Positions 17,717-27,605 of a DNA stretch of 64,000 bases are shown here, in pieces. The position numbers and the translations under genes were made by a program. This DNA comes from Flavobacterium sp. Lineage in GTDB: Bacteria > Bacteroidota > Bacteroidia > Flavobacteriales > Flavobacteriaceae. Where the stretch lies: contig JANMML010000014.1 of NCBI GenBank assembly GCA_031373195.1, positions 26,456 to 90,455 of the forward strand, written 5' to 3'. Below the pieces are notes generated by a model. It was not told the origin of the DNA. It was given only the letters and a program-made list of their open reading frames with translations, and made no database searches. Each line of letters opens with the position of its first letter. Position 1 is the stretch's first letter.

Positions 17717-18136
17717 ATGAAAACATCTACTGTATTTGATTGTTCGTTAATTACTTTGCCAATAAATCACCAAGCGAACGGGAACTTAACTTCGGTAAGT
17801 AACGGGATTCAAGTTCCCTTTGATATCAAAAGAGTCTATTACCTTTATGATGTGCCAGGTGGATTTAGTCGCGGAGGTCACGGCCATCTCGAATTGCAAC
17901 AACTTATCGTTGCGCTAAGTGGCAGTTTTGATATCATTGTCGATGATGGAAAAGTAAAGCGAACGTTTCATCTTTCGCGCCCTAATGTTGGATTGTACAT
18001 GCCATCAGGCTTGTGGAGAGAACTCGACAATTTTTCTAGTGGTTCTATTTGCTTTGTTTTGGCTTCCATCGAATACGATGAAAAAGATTATTTTAGAGAT
18101 TACGATAAATTTACGGAATGGAAATCCTTGAAGTAG
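17717..18136 (+). CDS. FdtA/WxcM-like sugar 3,4-ketoisomerase, copy 2 (HGH motif intact)
   Basis: Contains PFDIKRVYYLYDVPGGFSRGGHGHLELQQ. 139 aa cupin. Confidence 0.78.
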   Translation: MKTSTVFDCSLITLPINHQANGNLTSVSNGIQVPFDIKRVYYLYDVPGGFSRGGHGHLELQQLIVALSGSFDIIVDDGKVKRTFHLSRPNVGLYMPSGLWRELDNFSSGSICFVLASIEYDEKDYFRDYDKFTEWKSLK

Positions 18137-20037
18137 ATTCAACAACATACGCAGAGGTTATTTCGAGTCCTGCACACATCTTCAATTCAGCTGCCTTTAA
18201 TGCGTTGAATGAATCGAAATGTGATGCGGTTTATTATTTACTTTTTAAAGATTCAAAAGTTCGATTGGGAATTATATTTGGCGTTCGAAATAATATCCTA
18301 ACGTCACCATTTTCAGCACCTTTCGGCGGATTTGAAGCGACTAGTACAGACCTTCGACTGCAACAAATTGATGCCGCTTTGCAGACCTTACATCTTTGGG
18401 CAATAGGTAGAAATTTTGAAGGAATAAGAATTGTATTTCCTGCCTTTTTTTACAATTCAAACATGCTGAATAAAGTTTGTAGTTGTCTAACTAGAGCTTC
18501 TTATGAACGCACTAATGTTGATCTGAATTACCATTTTTCAACTGTAAAGTTTGGTGATAATTACAAAAAAGAAATTTGGTATAATGCCCAAAAAAACCTC
18601 AGAAAAAGTGAAACTTCAGATCTAACTTTTGAAAAGGTTAATGCTGCTGATAGCGCACAAGCGTATGCTATTATTGCGTTAAACAGGCGTACGCGTGGTT
18701 TTCCGCTAAGAATGTCATTAGAACAAATCGAAGAAACGGCAAAGGTTATCGATATTGATTTTTTTCTTGTGAAAAAGGAGGAGATAACGGTCGCTTCCGC
18801 TATTATTTTTCACGTCGCGAAGGACATTGTCCAAGTTGTTTATTGGGGTGATTTGCCAGACTATTCAGAATACAAAACAATGAATTTTCTGTCCTACAAT
18901 GTTTTCCAATATTATAAAAACCAGGGAATAGAGATTGTAGATATCGGTCCATCAACGGAAAACTCGGTACCGAATTACGGTTTATGCGAGTTCAAGGAAA
19001 GTATTGGCTGCGATATTTTGATAAAAACCGAGTTTTATCGCAAGTTAGAGACAAATGCGCACCACAATGTCAACGAACAAGCGCTTGAGACTAGCACGAA
19101 GTTGCGAAATATTGATGCTGAAGAGTACAATTATTTCTTTCCTCATGACCCCAACCCGTTTATTTCTGAAAAGTTTATTAGTTTGAATGCACATAAAGTT
19201 GATCGTATTGTAAGACTAGTGGAAGAAACAGATAAAGTACAAATAGGATTAATTGCAGGGATAAGAAACGGTATTTTATGTGCTCCTTTCTCCGCTCCTT
19301 TTGGAGGATTTCATTGCAAAGGAGAGAACATTTATACTTCAGTTATTGAATCATTTATTCAAAATTTGATTGTCTATGCGCAGACGGAAAAAATCAAAGA
19401 GATGGATATCACTTTACCGCCAGATATTTACTGTCGGCGTTCAAATGCAAAAATTGTCAATGCGCTAACTCGATTTGGATTTAAGATGCAATTGCCCGAT
19501 ATCACTAACTGCGTTGATCTTAGAGAGTTTAAAAATGTTTATACACATAATGCCAGCAGAACCTATTACAATCAAGCGGTAAATAAAAAATTGACATTCG
19601 CTGAAGCAACAACTACGCGAGAAAAAGAAATTATCTACAGCATAATAGCGGAGAATCGAGCTAGAATGGGTAGACCAATTTTTATGACGCTCGACGATAT
19701 TCTTAGAACAAGCGCCATTTTCCCAACGGATTTCTTTCAGGTTTTGAATTATGCCGGAGATATAACCGCTGGTGCAATACTATATCGACCACACGAAGAA
19801 ATTGTATATGCACTTTTTTGGGGAGATGCTGTCGAGGGGAGAAGTGACCGAGCGATGGATTTCTTAATTCTTAAATTGTGGAGTCATTATAAAGCTGCCG
19901 GTTATACTTATATCGATTTAGGAATCTCAACCGAAGCTGGAAGTCCTAACGAAGGTTTGCTTCGTTTTAAAGAAACACATGAGTGTATTTCTTCATTGCG
20001 TTACACATTCACTTGGACTTCAGAAGTAAAAAGATAA
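18118..20037 (+). CDS. Internally duplicated FemAB/GNAT-like acyl(aminoacyl)transferase-fold protein (two modules of about 300 aa)
   Basis: The two halves align with each other: RLGIIFGVRNNILTSPFSAPFGGFEA with QIGLIAGIRNGILCAPFSAPFGGFHC, and NYGLCEFKESIGC with NEGLLRFKETHEC. The latter resembles the FemAB C-terminal GLxxFKxxFG motif. Confidence 0.5.
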   Translation: MEILEVDSTTYAEVISSPAHIFNSAAFNALNESKCDAVYYLLFKDSKVRLGIIFGVRNNILTSPFSAPFGGFEATSTDLRLQQIDAALQTLHLWAIGRNFEGIRIVFPAFFYNSNMLNKVCSCLTRASYERTNVDLNYHFSTVKFGDNYKKEIWYNAQKNLRKSETSDLTFEKVNAADSAQAYAIIALNRRTRGFPLRMSLEQIEETAKVIDIDFFLVKKEEITVASAIIFHVAKDIVQVVYWGDLPDYSEYKTMNFLSYNVFQYYKNQGIEIVDIGPSTENSVPNYGLCEFKESIGCDILIKTEFYRKLETNAHHNVNEQALETSTKLRNIDAEEYNYFFPHDPNPFISEKFISLNAHKVDRIVRLVEETDKVQIGLIAGIRNGILCAPFSAPFGGFHCKGENIYTSVIESFIQNLIVYAQTEKIKEMDITLPPDIYCRRSNAKIVNALTRFGFKMQLPDITNCVDLREFKNVYTHNASRTYYNQAVNKKLTFAEATTTREKEIIYSIIAENRARMGRPIFMTLDDILRTSAIFPTDFFQVLNYAGDITAGAILYRPHEEIVYALFWGDAVEGRSDRAMDFLILKLWSHYKAAGYTYIDLGISTEAGSPNEGLLRFKETHECISSLRYTFTWTSEVKR

Positions 20038-20043
20038 TCGATT

Positions 20044-20958
20044 ATGTTTGTCATAAACCCCGACCCATATAGTTTGCCAAGTTACCGCATCGGCCCATTC
20101 AAAACCGATGATGTTGGGAAAAATTCGAAGATGCCAAATGATGATTTTGCCGTTGATTATTTCAATAATCGTTTTGGAGAAGGCAAATGGCAATACACTT
20201 ATAATGGGCGGGAAGCCATTCAACTTGCTTTAGAACATTACCAATTGCAACCGAATGATTTGGTAACCATTTTAACCACATCACAAAATTTTTATATCAG
20301 TTCGTGTGTTACTAAAACAATCGAATCGTTTTGCCAATGGAATCGTGAAATCGCGCCGGAAACAAAGCTCATTTTTGTAAATCACGAATTTGGATTTCCT
20401 TATCCAGAAATGGAAAAATTGGTCGCAACCGGTTTGCCGATAATTGAAGATTGCTGTACTACTTTTTTTAGCCAAGATGCGTCAGGAAAGTTGGGGCAGT
20501 ATAGTGATTTTTCTGTTTTTAGTTTTCCGAAGTTCTTACCGCTGCAAATTGGAGGTTTATTGGTAAATAATACCAAACATGCCGTCAATAAAAGTGCAGC
20601 ACTTCATGCGAATGAAAAAGAACACATTCAAAACGTGCTTTCTCATTACTTGAAAAAGGAAGATGCTATTCTGAAAACTAGAAAAGAAAATTGGGATTAT
20701 GCCATTGCGCAATTCTCAAAATTGGGACTGACTCCAAGATTTGGTGAAGACGCTAAAACAATTCCGTCAGCATTGGTTTTAAAGAATAACGCAATCATTA
20801 AAGATCTCGATCAATTCAAAAATTTCTTGTACAATCATGGCATTCAAAATAGTGTTTTCTATGGAGAAGACGCTTTTTTTATTCCGATACACCAAGGTTT
20901 GAGCCGCGAAGACATCGATTATTTTTATGAAGTGATTCAATTTTTTATCCAAAATTAA
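20044..20958 (+). CDS. Short, divergent DegT/DnrJ/EryC1-fold (PLP-fold) protein
   Basis: 304 aa. Contains GREAIQLAL, IIEDCCTTF and FSFPKFLPLQIGG (a Lys in the position expected for the PLP Schiff base). It is shorter than canonical members of about 370 aa. Confidence 0.4.
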   Translation: MFVINPDPYSLPSYRIGPFKTDDVGKNSKMPNDDFAVDYFNNRFGEGKWQYTYNGREAIQLALEHYQLQPNDLVTILTTSQNFYISSCVTKTIESFCQWNREIAPETKLIFVNHEFGFPYPEMEKLVATGLPIIEDCCTTFFSQDASGKLGQYSDFSVFSFPKFLPLQIGGLLVNNTKHAVNKSAALHANEKEHIQNVLSHYLKKEDAILKTRKENWDYAIAQFSKLGLTPRFGEDAKTIPSALVLKNNAIIKDLDQFKNFLYNHGIQNSVFYGEDAFFIPIHQGLSREDIDYFYEVIQFFIQN

Positions 20959-20970
20959 AAATCGAGAAAT

Positions 20971-21705
20971 ATGATCAATCACAATGATTATCAGCTAAAT
21001 TATCAAAAGCTATCGTTTGAAGACGAGCTCAGAAAGTACCGAATGGAGTATGTTGCGGATTATTTGAAAACAATTAAGGCAGGTAAGATTTTAGAAATTG
21101 GTTGTGGGAACGATCCCATTCATTTCTACTTCAACGATTTTGAGGTTTTGGACTTAATTGAGCCAGGAAAGCACTTCTATGAATTTACGAAGGGCAAAAT
21201 AGAAAAAGATGCTAGAATCTCAATTCAAAATTGCTTTTTAGAAGAAGCCAACATTGGGGCTAACAGCGATTATGATGTTATTATCATTGGAGGATTTCTT
21301 CATGAAATTGATAATCCAGAAGAAGTGTTAACTGCAGTAAAAAATGTTGCTAATTCACAGACAATAGTGATCACGTACGTCCCAAATGCGAATTCTTTTC
21401 ATCGTGTTTTGGCATTGGAAGCAGGATTAATAACGTCGAACTATGAGTTTTCTGAAAATGACAAAGCTTTTGGAAGACGTCATGTTTTTAATCAGCAATC
21501 CATTCAATCGTTGTTTAATCACGGCGGTTTTGAGACGATGAAAAGTGATACCTACTTCATCAAGCCTTTTACACATGGGCAAATGAATGAACTCATGGAG
21601 TCGTCCTTTCTTTCAGAAGAAATATTGACAGGCTTTTTCAAAATGAGCAAGTATTTACCCGATATGGGTTGCGAGATCTTTTTATCCGCAAAAGTATCAC
21701 ACTAG
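20971..21705 (+). CDS. Class I SAM-dependent methyltransferase
   Basis: Motif I ILEIGCGNDP and post-I/II blocks (DVIIIGGFLHEI). Confidence 0.75.
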   Translation: MINHNDYQLNYQKLSFEDELRKYRMEYVADYLKTIKAGKILEIGCGNDPIHFYFNDFEVLDLIEPGKHFYEFTKGKIEKDARISIQNCFLEEANIGANSDYDVIIIGGFLHEIDNPEEVLTAVKNVANSQTIVITYVPNANSFHRVLALEAGLITSNYEFSENDKAFGRRHVFNQQSIQSLFNHGGFETMKSDTYFIKPFTHGQMNELMESSFLSEEILTGFFKMSKYLPDMGCEIFLSAKVSH

Positions 21706-21763
21706 TTTTTAGTTGACTTTCTTAGTTTAGGGCAAAAATATCCTTTCATAAAATGCAAAAAAC

Positions 21764-22270
21764 ATGAATATTTCCAACATCCATTTAGGCAAGAACGTTC
21801 AAATTGAAATCGATTCCAATGTCAATAACATTATAATTGGCGATAATACCCGAATAGCCAGTCGTGTTAAGATATTTGGTTCGGAAGCAAATCTGCTAGA
21901 AATTGGGAAAAATAGTTACGTTGGGTTGAATTCCTTTATTGAAGGATTTAATTCAAAAGTGATTATTGGTGATCACGTGAGTATAGCGCCTAATGTCAGC
22001 ATTATTTCAGGTTCGGGACCCAACGCATCGCCACCAATGCAAAAAGTATTCGGAAACGCCAGAGGTGCGATTACTATTGGTAATCATACCTGGATTGGTG
22101 GAAATTCCATCATTATGCCAGCAGTGACTTTGGGAAACTATTGCGTTGTTGCCGCCGGTAGTTTTGTAAATAAATCCTTCCCCGATTATTCCATTGTAGG
22201 AGGAACGCCTGCAAAATTAATTAGAACATTAACTCCAAATGAAATAGAAATACTACACTCCAATGATTAA
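21764..22270 (+). CDS. Left-handed beta-helix (hexapeptide) acyltransferase, possibly the amino-sugar N-acyltransferase
   Basis: Hexapeptide repeats plus [25 protein letters not shown]. It overlaps the downstream aminotransferase start by 8 nt. Confidence 0.72.
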   Translation: MNISNIHLGKNVQIEIDSNVNNIIIGDNTRIASRVKIFGSEANLLEIGKNSYVGLNSFIEGFNSKVIIGDHVSIAPNVSIISGSGPNASPPMQKVFGNARGAITIGNHTWIGGNSIIMPAVTLGNYCVVAAGSFVNKSFPDYSIVGGTPAKLIRTLTPNEIEILHSND

Positions 22271-23384
22271 ATTTTTAGACCTTCAAAAAATAAATGCACA
22301 ATATGCAGCAGAACTCAAACAAGCCGCTTCTGACGTCATTGATTCCGGTTGGTTTTTGATGGGCGAAAAGCTCGCAAATTTTGAGAAAGAATTGTCGGTA
22401 CTTGTCGGTGCCGCGCATGCCATAGGTGTTGCCAACGGATTGGATGCCTTACGATTGATTTTGAATGCCTACATCGAATTGGGTGTCATGGCTGAAGGCG
22501 ATGAAGTCATCGTTCCTGCCAATACGTATATTGCTTCACTTCTGGCGATATCAGATAATAATTTGACACCAATTTTAGTCGAACCCAGCAATAGCAGTTT
22601 CAATATTGATATTGATTTGATTGAAAAGCACATCACGCCGAAAACCAAAGCCATTATGGTCGTGCATTTGTACGGTCAAGTTTGTTGGAGTGATGGTTTG
22701 GTTGCTTTAGCTAAAAAACACAATTTGAAAATCATCGAAGACAATGCGCAAGCGATTGGAGCCTCGTGGAATGGAATAAAAACAGGAAATCTTGGAGATG
22801 CAGCAGGTTTTAGCTTTTATCCAGGGAAGAATTTAGGGGCGTTGGGCGATGCTGGAGCGGTGACAACGAACGATCCTATTTTGGCAGAACAAGTGCGTGC
22901 GCTCGGAAATTACGGTAGTAAAAAGAAATATGTCAACGAATATCAAGGATTAAACAGTCGACTCGATGAAATTCAAGCGGCATTTCTAAGTGTTAAGTTG
23001 AAGTATATTGACAAGGAAAATCAATATCGTCGACAGTTGGCTTCGCTTTATCTGAATGGGATTTCCAATACGCTGATTCAATTGCCAATTCCGAATAATG
23101 CTGATTTTAAACATGAAGAAAATACAGAACACGTTTGGCATTTGTTTGTGATTCGATGTTCTAAGCGTGATGAATTGCAAAAATATTTGACTGCAAATGG
23201 AGTGCAAACATTGATTCACTATCCGATTCCGCCCAACAAGCAATTGGCGTATGCTTCGATGAATCATTTGGATTATCCCATCACAAATGCTATTCACGAT
23301 GAAGTTTTGAGTTTGCCGATAAGTCCAGTAACTACAGTTGATGAAGTGAATAAAGTCATTGAAATTTTGAATAATTTTCAATAA
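22263..23384 (+). CDS. DegT/DnrJ/EryC1/StrS aminotransferase (FdtB/QdtB-like dTDP-3-keto-6-deoxyhexose 3-aminotransferase)
   Basis: Contains FLDLQKIN...[30 protein letters not shown] and [16 protein letters not shown]. Confidence 0.82.
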   Translation: MIKFLDLQKINAQYAAELKQAASDVIDSGWFLMGEKLANFEKELSVLVGAAHAIGVANGLDALRLILNAYIELGVMAEGDEVIVPANTYIASLLAISDNNLTPILVEPSNSSFNIDIDLIEKHITPKTKAIMVVHLYGQVCWSDGLVALAKKHNLKIIEDNAQAIGASWNGIKTGNLGDAAGFSFYPGKNLGALGDAGAVTTNDPILAEQVRALGNYGSKKKYVNEYQGLNSRLDEIQAAFLSVKLKYIDKENQYRRQLASLYLNGISNTLIQLPIPNNADFKHEENTEHVWHLFVIRCSKRDELQKYLTANGVQTLIHYPIPPNKQLAYASMNHLDYPITNAIHDEVLSLPISPVTTVDEVNKVIEILNNFQ

Positions 23385-23387
23385 ATA

Positions 23388-24878
23388 GTGCCAACAAAAG
23401 CAACCAATTATAAGTCGATTTTCAAAGCCACTTCCATTTTTGGAGGTGTTCAGGTTTTTAATATCTTGATTACTTTGATTAGAGGAAAAGCGGTTGCCTT
23501 ACTTATCGGTACCGCTGGAATGGGATTGAATGGGTTGTTTTTATCTAGTTTGAACTTGATCAAATCCATTTCTTCTTTAGGAATTACGGAAAGTGCCGTG
23601 AGAGATATCTCTAAAGCACATGCTTCTGAAGATTCCTTTCATATTGCCAAAATATTTACAGTGTTTAAGCGTTGGATATGGATTACTGCGATTTTGGGAA
23701 TTGTAATCACCGTTTGTTTTTCACCGCTTTTGAGTCGATTTTCCTTCAATTCCTATGAACATACACTCGATTATATTTGGCTTTCGGTCACTTTTGTTTT
23801 TGGCGCGTTAACCGGCGGGATTTATACCTTATTGCGGGGAACTCGACAACTTAAATATCTGGCGCAGGCCAATATATTTGGCGGAATTGTCGGTTTGGTA
23901 GTGGCGTTGCCCATTTTCTATTTCTTCGGAATGAAAGGCGTTGTTCCTGCCATCATCATTACCGCTTTTGTCAATTACTTGGTGTCGTTGTATTTTAAAA
24001 GTAAGGTGCATTTTGAAACGGTAAACATCGATTGGAAGGAAACACTAGAGTTGGGAAAACCCATGGTGCGGCTGGGAATCAGTCTGACTTTTATCAATTT
24101 ATTAGCCGCTTTTGTTGCCTTTGTGTTAAGTGCATTCATATCAAAAACAGGCAGTTTGTCCGACGTTGGACTTTATAATGCTGGACTAGCTATAGTCGAC
24201 GGCTATGTCGGAATGGTTTTCACAGCAATGGCAACGGACTATTTCCCGCGCTTATCCGGATTAATTAACGACGAAAGTAAATGGAAACAATTAGTCAATG
24301 AGCAGGCAGAATTGGTATTAATTATACTGAGCATGGTTTTAGTACTTTTGATTTCAACCACACCTTTACTGATTCGAATTTTACTGAGTAAAGAGTTTTT
24401 GTCGGCACAAGACTTTATTTTATGGGCGGTATTGGCCATTCCGCTAAAAGGTGTGACCTGGGTTTTAGGATTTATTATTTTGGCAAAAGGAGACAACAAA
24501 CTTTTTTTGATGGTGGAGACTTTCTCCAATTTGTTGGTTCTCGGTTTTAATCTGTTGTTTTATTTTTATTTCGGCTTGACAGGGCTTGGCATCTCTTTAT
24601 TGATTAGCTACGCCATTGTCACCACATTGATTTTAGGAATCATCAAGGCAAAGTATGAATTTCAGTTTTTCAAAGCGGTTTATCTTATCTTTTTCATTTC
24701 AATGATTTCATTGTCGCTTTGTGTTGGTAGCATATATGTATTGGGCTATCCAAACGCTTACTTTGTAGAGGCCTTAATCGTGATTGTCACTTGCACTTTT
24801 AGTCTTTACGAGCTAAACAAAAGAATGAATTTGAAAGAAATTGTTGTCAAATTGAAGTCGAAAATCAGCAGCAAATGA
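23388..24878 (+). CDS. wzx: Wzx-type oligosaccharide flippase (MOP superfamily)
   Basis: 496 aa with about 12-14 predicted TM helices and a polysaccharide-biosynthesis-protein N-terminal pattern. GTG start. Confidence 0.72.
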   Translation: MPTKATNYKSIFKATSIFGGVQVFNILITLIRGKAVALLIGTAGMGLNGLFLSSLNLIKSISSLGITESAVRDISKAHASEDSFHIAKIFTVFKRWIWITAILGIVITVCFSPLLSRFSFNSYEHTLDYIWLSVTFVFGALTGGIYTLLRGTRQLKYLAQANIFGGIVGLVVALPIFYFFGMKGVVPAIIITAFVNYLVSLYFKSKVHFETVNIDWKETLELGKPMVRLGISLTFINLLAAFVAFVLSAFISKTGSLSDVGLYNAGLAIVDGYVGMVFTAMATDYFPRLSGLINDESKWKQLVNEQAELVLIILSMVLVLLISTTPLLIRILLSKEFLSAQDFILWAVLAIPLKGVTWVLGFIILAKGDNKLFLMVETFSNLLVLGFNLLFYFYFGLTGLGISLLISYAIVTTLILGIIKAKYEFQFFKAVYLIFFISMISLSLCVGSIYVLGYPNAYFVEALIVIVTCTFSLYELNKRMNLKEIVVKLKSKISSK

Positions 24879-25642
24879 GTTTGAATAGACTTTCCATTAT
24901 TTTTTTGAATCTACTGAAATTGTCGGTCAAGCTAAATTTATGGAGTACTGTTTACTTTAATTTCAAAGTGTTGCCTTTTCATCAAGCCTTAAAACTGCCT
25001 TTTCACTTTTTCGGAAAGACAGATTTTGCTGACCTCAGTGGGAAGTTTATTATTCAAGCCAAGGCAGTTCATTTCGGCATGATTGTCTTTGGCGGGAAAC
25101 ATGAAGTTGTGATTTCATCCAATGTTCCGACGCGGATTTTTAATTCTGGTATTATCGAATTCAAATCAAATGCGAAGTTTGCCCGCGGTATCAATGTGAT
25201 GGTATGGAACAATGGACTGCTGTCGATTGGCGATAACTTTTCGATTGGAAGTTTGTCTAGGATCATTTGTTTTAGGAAAATGAGCTTTGGAAATGACGTC
25301 CTAATTGCTTGGGAATGTCAATTTTTTGATACAGATTTTCACTTTATTAAAGAAAAAGATCAATCCATCAAAGACAATTGTGGAACCGTAACTATTGAGG
25401 ATGCCACATGGATTGGTGCGCGATCAACCATTTTGAAAAACACAACCATTCCAAAAAATTCGATAGTCGGTGCCAATTCGCTTTGCTCGGGCAATTACCG
25501 AGAAAAAAATGGTGAAGGTATCTTGCTTGCAGGAATTCCCGCAAAAGTATTAAAGACTGATGTATCTTATATTGTTGACAAAAAGCAGGAACAAGAACTA
25601 TTTGCGCATTTTTCGAAAAATCAAAATCAAATACTGAATTGA
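24875..25642 (+). CDS. Hexapeptide-repeat O-acetyltransferase (WcaF/LacA-like)
   Basis: C-terminal LbH repeats: IEDATWIGARSTILKNTTIPKNSIVGANS. ATGA overlap with wzx. Confidence 0.65.
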   Translation: MSLNRLSIIFLNLLKLSVKLNLWSTVYFNFKVLPFHQALKLPFHFFGKTDFADLSGKFIIQAKAVHFGMIVFGGKHEVVISSNVPTRIFNSGIIEFKSNAKFARGINVMVWNNGLLSIGDNFSIGSLSRIICFRKMSFGNDVLIAWECQFFDTDFHFIKEKDQSIKDNCGTVTIEDATWIGARSTILKNTTIPKNSIVGANSLCSGNYREKNGEGILLAGIPAKVLKTDVSYIVDKKQEQELFAHFSKNQNQILN

Positions 25643-26607
25643 GATCTTTAGTTACCATAACTGTAGCAACGTATCATGCCGCTCCCTATCTTTTGGAGAC
25701 TTTGGAGAGTGCTTATAATCAAACTTATTTAAACTTGGCACTCATAATTTCGGATGATTGTTCCACCGACGAGACTGTTGCCATTGCGAAAAAATGGGTA
25801 GAACAAGATCGGGTGAAGGCACGTTTTCAGAGTATTCAAATATTAACAGTCCCCAAGAACACAGGAGTTTCTGCTAATTGTAACCGGAGTATCGCCGCAA
25901 CGGATTCGGACTATTTTAAGTTTATTGCAGGTGATGATATTTTGCTTCCCAACTGCATTGAAGACAATATGAATTTTGTTCGTGAAAACCCCGAAGCGAA
26001 GATTATTTTTAGTCAAATCAAATTGTATCAAGACCAATTCTTAGCGGAAAATTATATTAAAACGACACCTGAGGATTATCCGTTAAATATTATGGATGCG
26101 GCTTTAAGTGCTGCGGATCAATATAAGTTGCTATTGCTTTCGGATCGGATTCACTATACGCCTTCTTTTTTCACGAATAAGCAGGCAATTTTAGCGGTAG
26201 GCGGTTATGATGAAAATAACAAATTAGTAGAAGATTATCCTATGTGGTTGAAAGTTACAAATGCTGGGATTCGACTCGATTATTTTCACAAGGTGACGGT
26301 TGGTTATCGCGTTCATTCGAAAGCAACCAATAATGTCAGCAATACGGTCCTTTTTAAGCCATCCATTTTTAATTCTTTTAAAATTAGAAAGCAAGTGGCG
26401 CATCCCAGTTTGCCTTGGGAAATAGTTGCTTCTGAGTACCACACTTACATAGTTTCAAAGTTTTTTAGCCAGATGAATTGGAACAAAAAAACAAAAATAT
26501 TTGAAGGATTGTATCGCGTAAGTTGTTTTTATCTTAATCCTTTTCAATATGTCTATGCGCTGAAGAAACGACTACCGATGAATAAACATAATACTTTTTA
26601 TTCTTAG
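25639..26607 (+). CDS. Family 2 glycosyltransferase
   Basis: Contains VTITVATYHAAPYL, ISDDCSTDET and the DxD-like GDD of GT-A folds. TTG start overlaps the upstream stop. Confidence 0.8.
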   Translation: MRSLVTITVATYHAAPYLLETLESAYNQTYLNLALIISDDCSTDETVAIAKKWVEQDRVKARFQSIQILTVPKNTGVSANCNRSIAATDSDYFKFIAGDDILLPNCIEDNMNFVRENPEAKIIFSQIKLYQDQFLAENYIKTTPEDYPLNIMDAALSAADQYKLLLLSDRIHYTPSFFTNKQAILAVGGYDENNKLVEDYPMWLKVTNAGIRLDYFHKVTVGYRVHSKATNNVSNTVLFKPSIFNSFKIRKQVAHPSLPWEIVASEYHTYIVSKFFSQMNWNKKTKIFEGLYRVSCFYLNPFQYVYALKKRLPMNKHNTFYS

Positions 26608-26609
26608 TT

Positions 26610-27605
26610 ATGCGATTAAGTATTATTGTCCCAGCCTACAAAGTAGCGGATTTTATCGAGAAATGCATCCGAAGTTTGGAGGATCAGGATATTTCTAAAT
26701 CAGAATATGAGATTATTGTTACCAATGACGGTTCGCCAGATCATTGTAAAGGCATCGTTGAAAATTTGCAACAGGAATTTTCAAATCTAATTCTGATCAA
26801 TCAAGAAAATCAAGGTGTTTCAATGGCAAGGAACAACGCTATTGCCATCGCAAAAGGCGCTTATATTCTTCCGATTGATCCGGATGATTATGTCGCGCCA
26901 AATACATTCAAACAGATCTTGGCGAAAGCAGAAACTAATGAACTGGATATCCTTTATCTTGGATTTGAGATCTTTGACGCGAATGAAAAAAGTATTTGGA
27001 AAACGGATTATAGCAGTCAAGAGCAGTCCTTTTATAATGGCATCGACGGGTATTTCGTGTCTAGAGGATATGACGTGAAAGATCCCGATCGGTCTTGTGG
27101 TTTACTTTTTAGACGAGCGCTTTTGAGCCAATATCGTATTACTTATCCGAAGAATGTACCTTACTTAGAAGACGGACTGTTTTTGTCGAAGGTTTTTTCA
27201 GTTGCTACAAAAGTCGGATTTGATAATGCACCATTTTACCTACGAACTACTCGAAAAGGATCGGCAACGAATTCAAAATTGTTTTTTACCGATCGATCCG
27301 TTGATGGTTTTATTTACGCCATTAAAAATGTAAAGGACTTTGCTAATGAATCACAATTGAATCCAGAGCAAACGCAATTAATCAACCATGCGATTGCAAA
27401 ATTCTTGATTTTGGCATTGTCACCGAGCATTAATTCCTTTCAGTTTAGACAGTATCTCAAGGTAATTTCAGTGCTTAAAAAAGCAAATTTGCAGACCGTT
27501 GCAACGGATGGCTTACGATTTTTATACAAAAAACACATTCGAATGTATAATTTCTCAAAGCTATTGTTCCCATTTTATTTTCGAATTACAAATAAAATCA
27601 GCTAA
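26610..27605 (+). CDS. Family 2 glycosyltransferase
   Basis: Contains LSIIVPAYKVADFIEKCIRSL, VTNDGSPD and PIDPDDY. Confidence 0.85.
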   Translation: MRLSIIVPAYKVADFIEKCIRSLEDQDISKSEYEIIVTNDGSPDHCKGIVENLQQEFSNLILINQENQGVSMARNNAIAIAKGAYILPIDPDDYVAPNTFKQILAKAETNELDILYLGFEIFDANEKSIWKTDYSSQEQSFYNGIDGYFVSRGYDVKDPDRSCGLLFRRALLSQYRITYPKNVPYLEDGLFLSKVFSVATKVGFDNAPFYLRTTRKGSATNSKLFFTDRSVDGFIYAIKNVKDFANESQLNPEQTQLINHAIAKFLILALSPSINSFQFRQYLKVISVLKKANLQTVATDGLRFLYKKHIRMYNFSKLLFPFYFRITNKIS

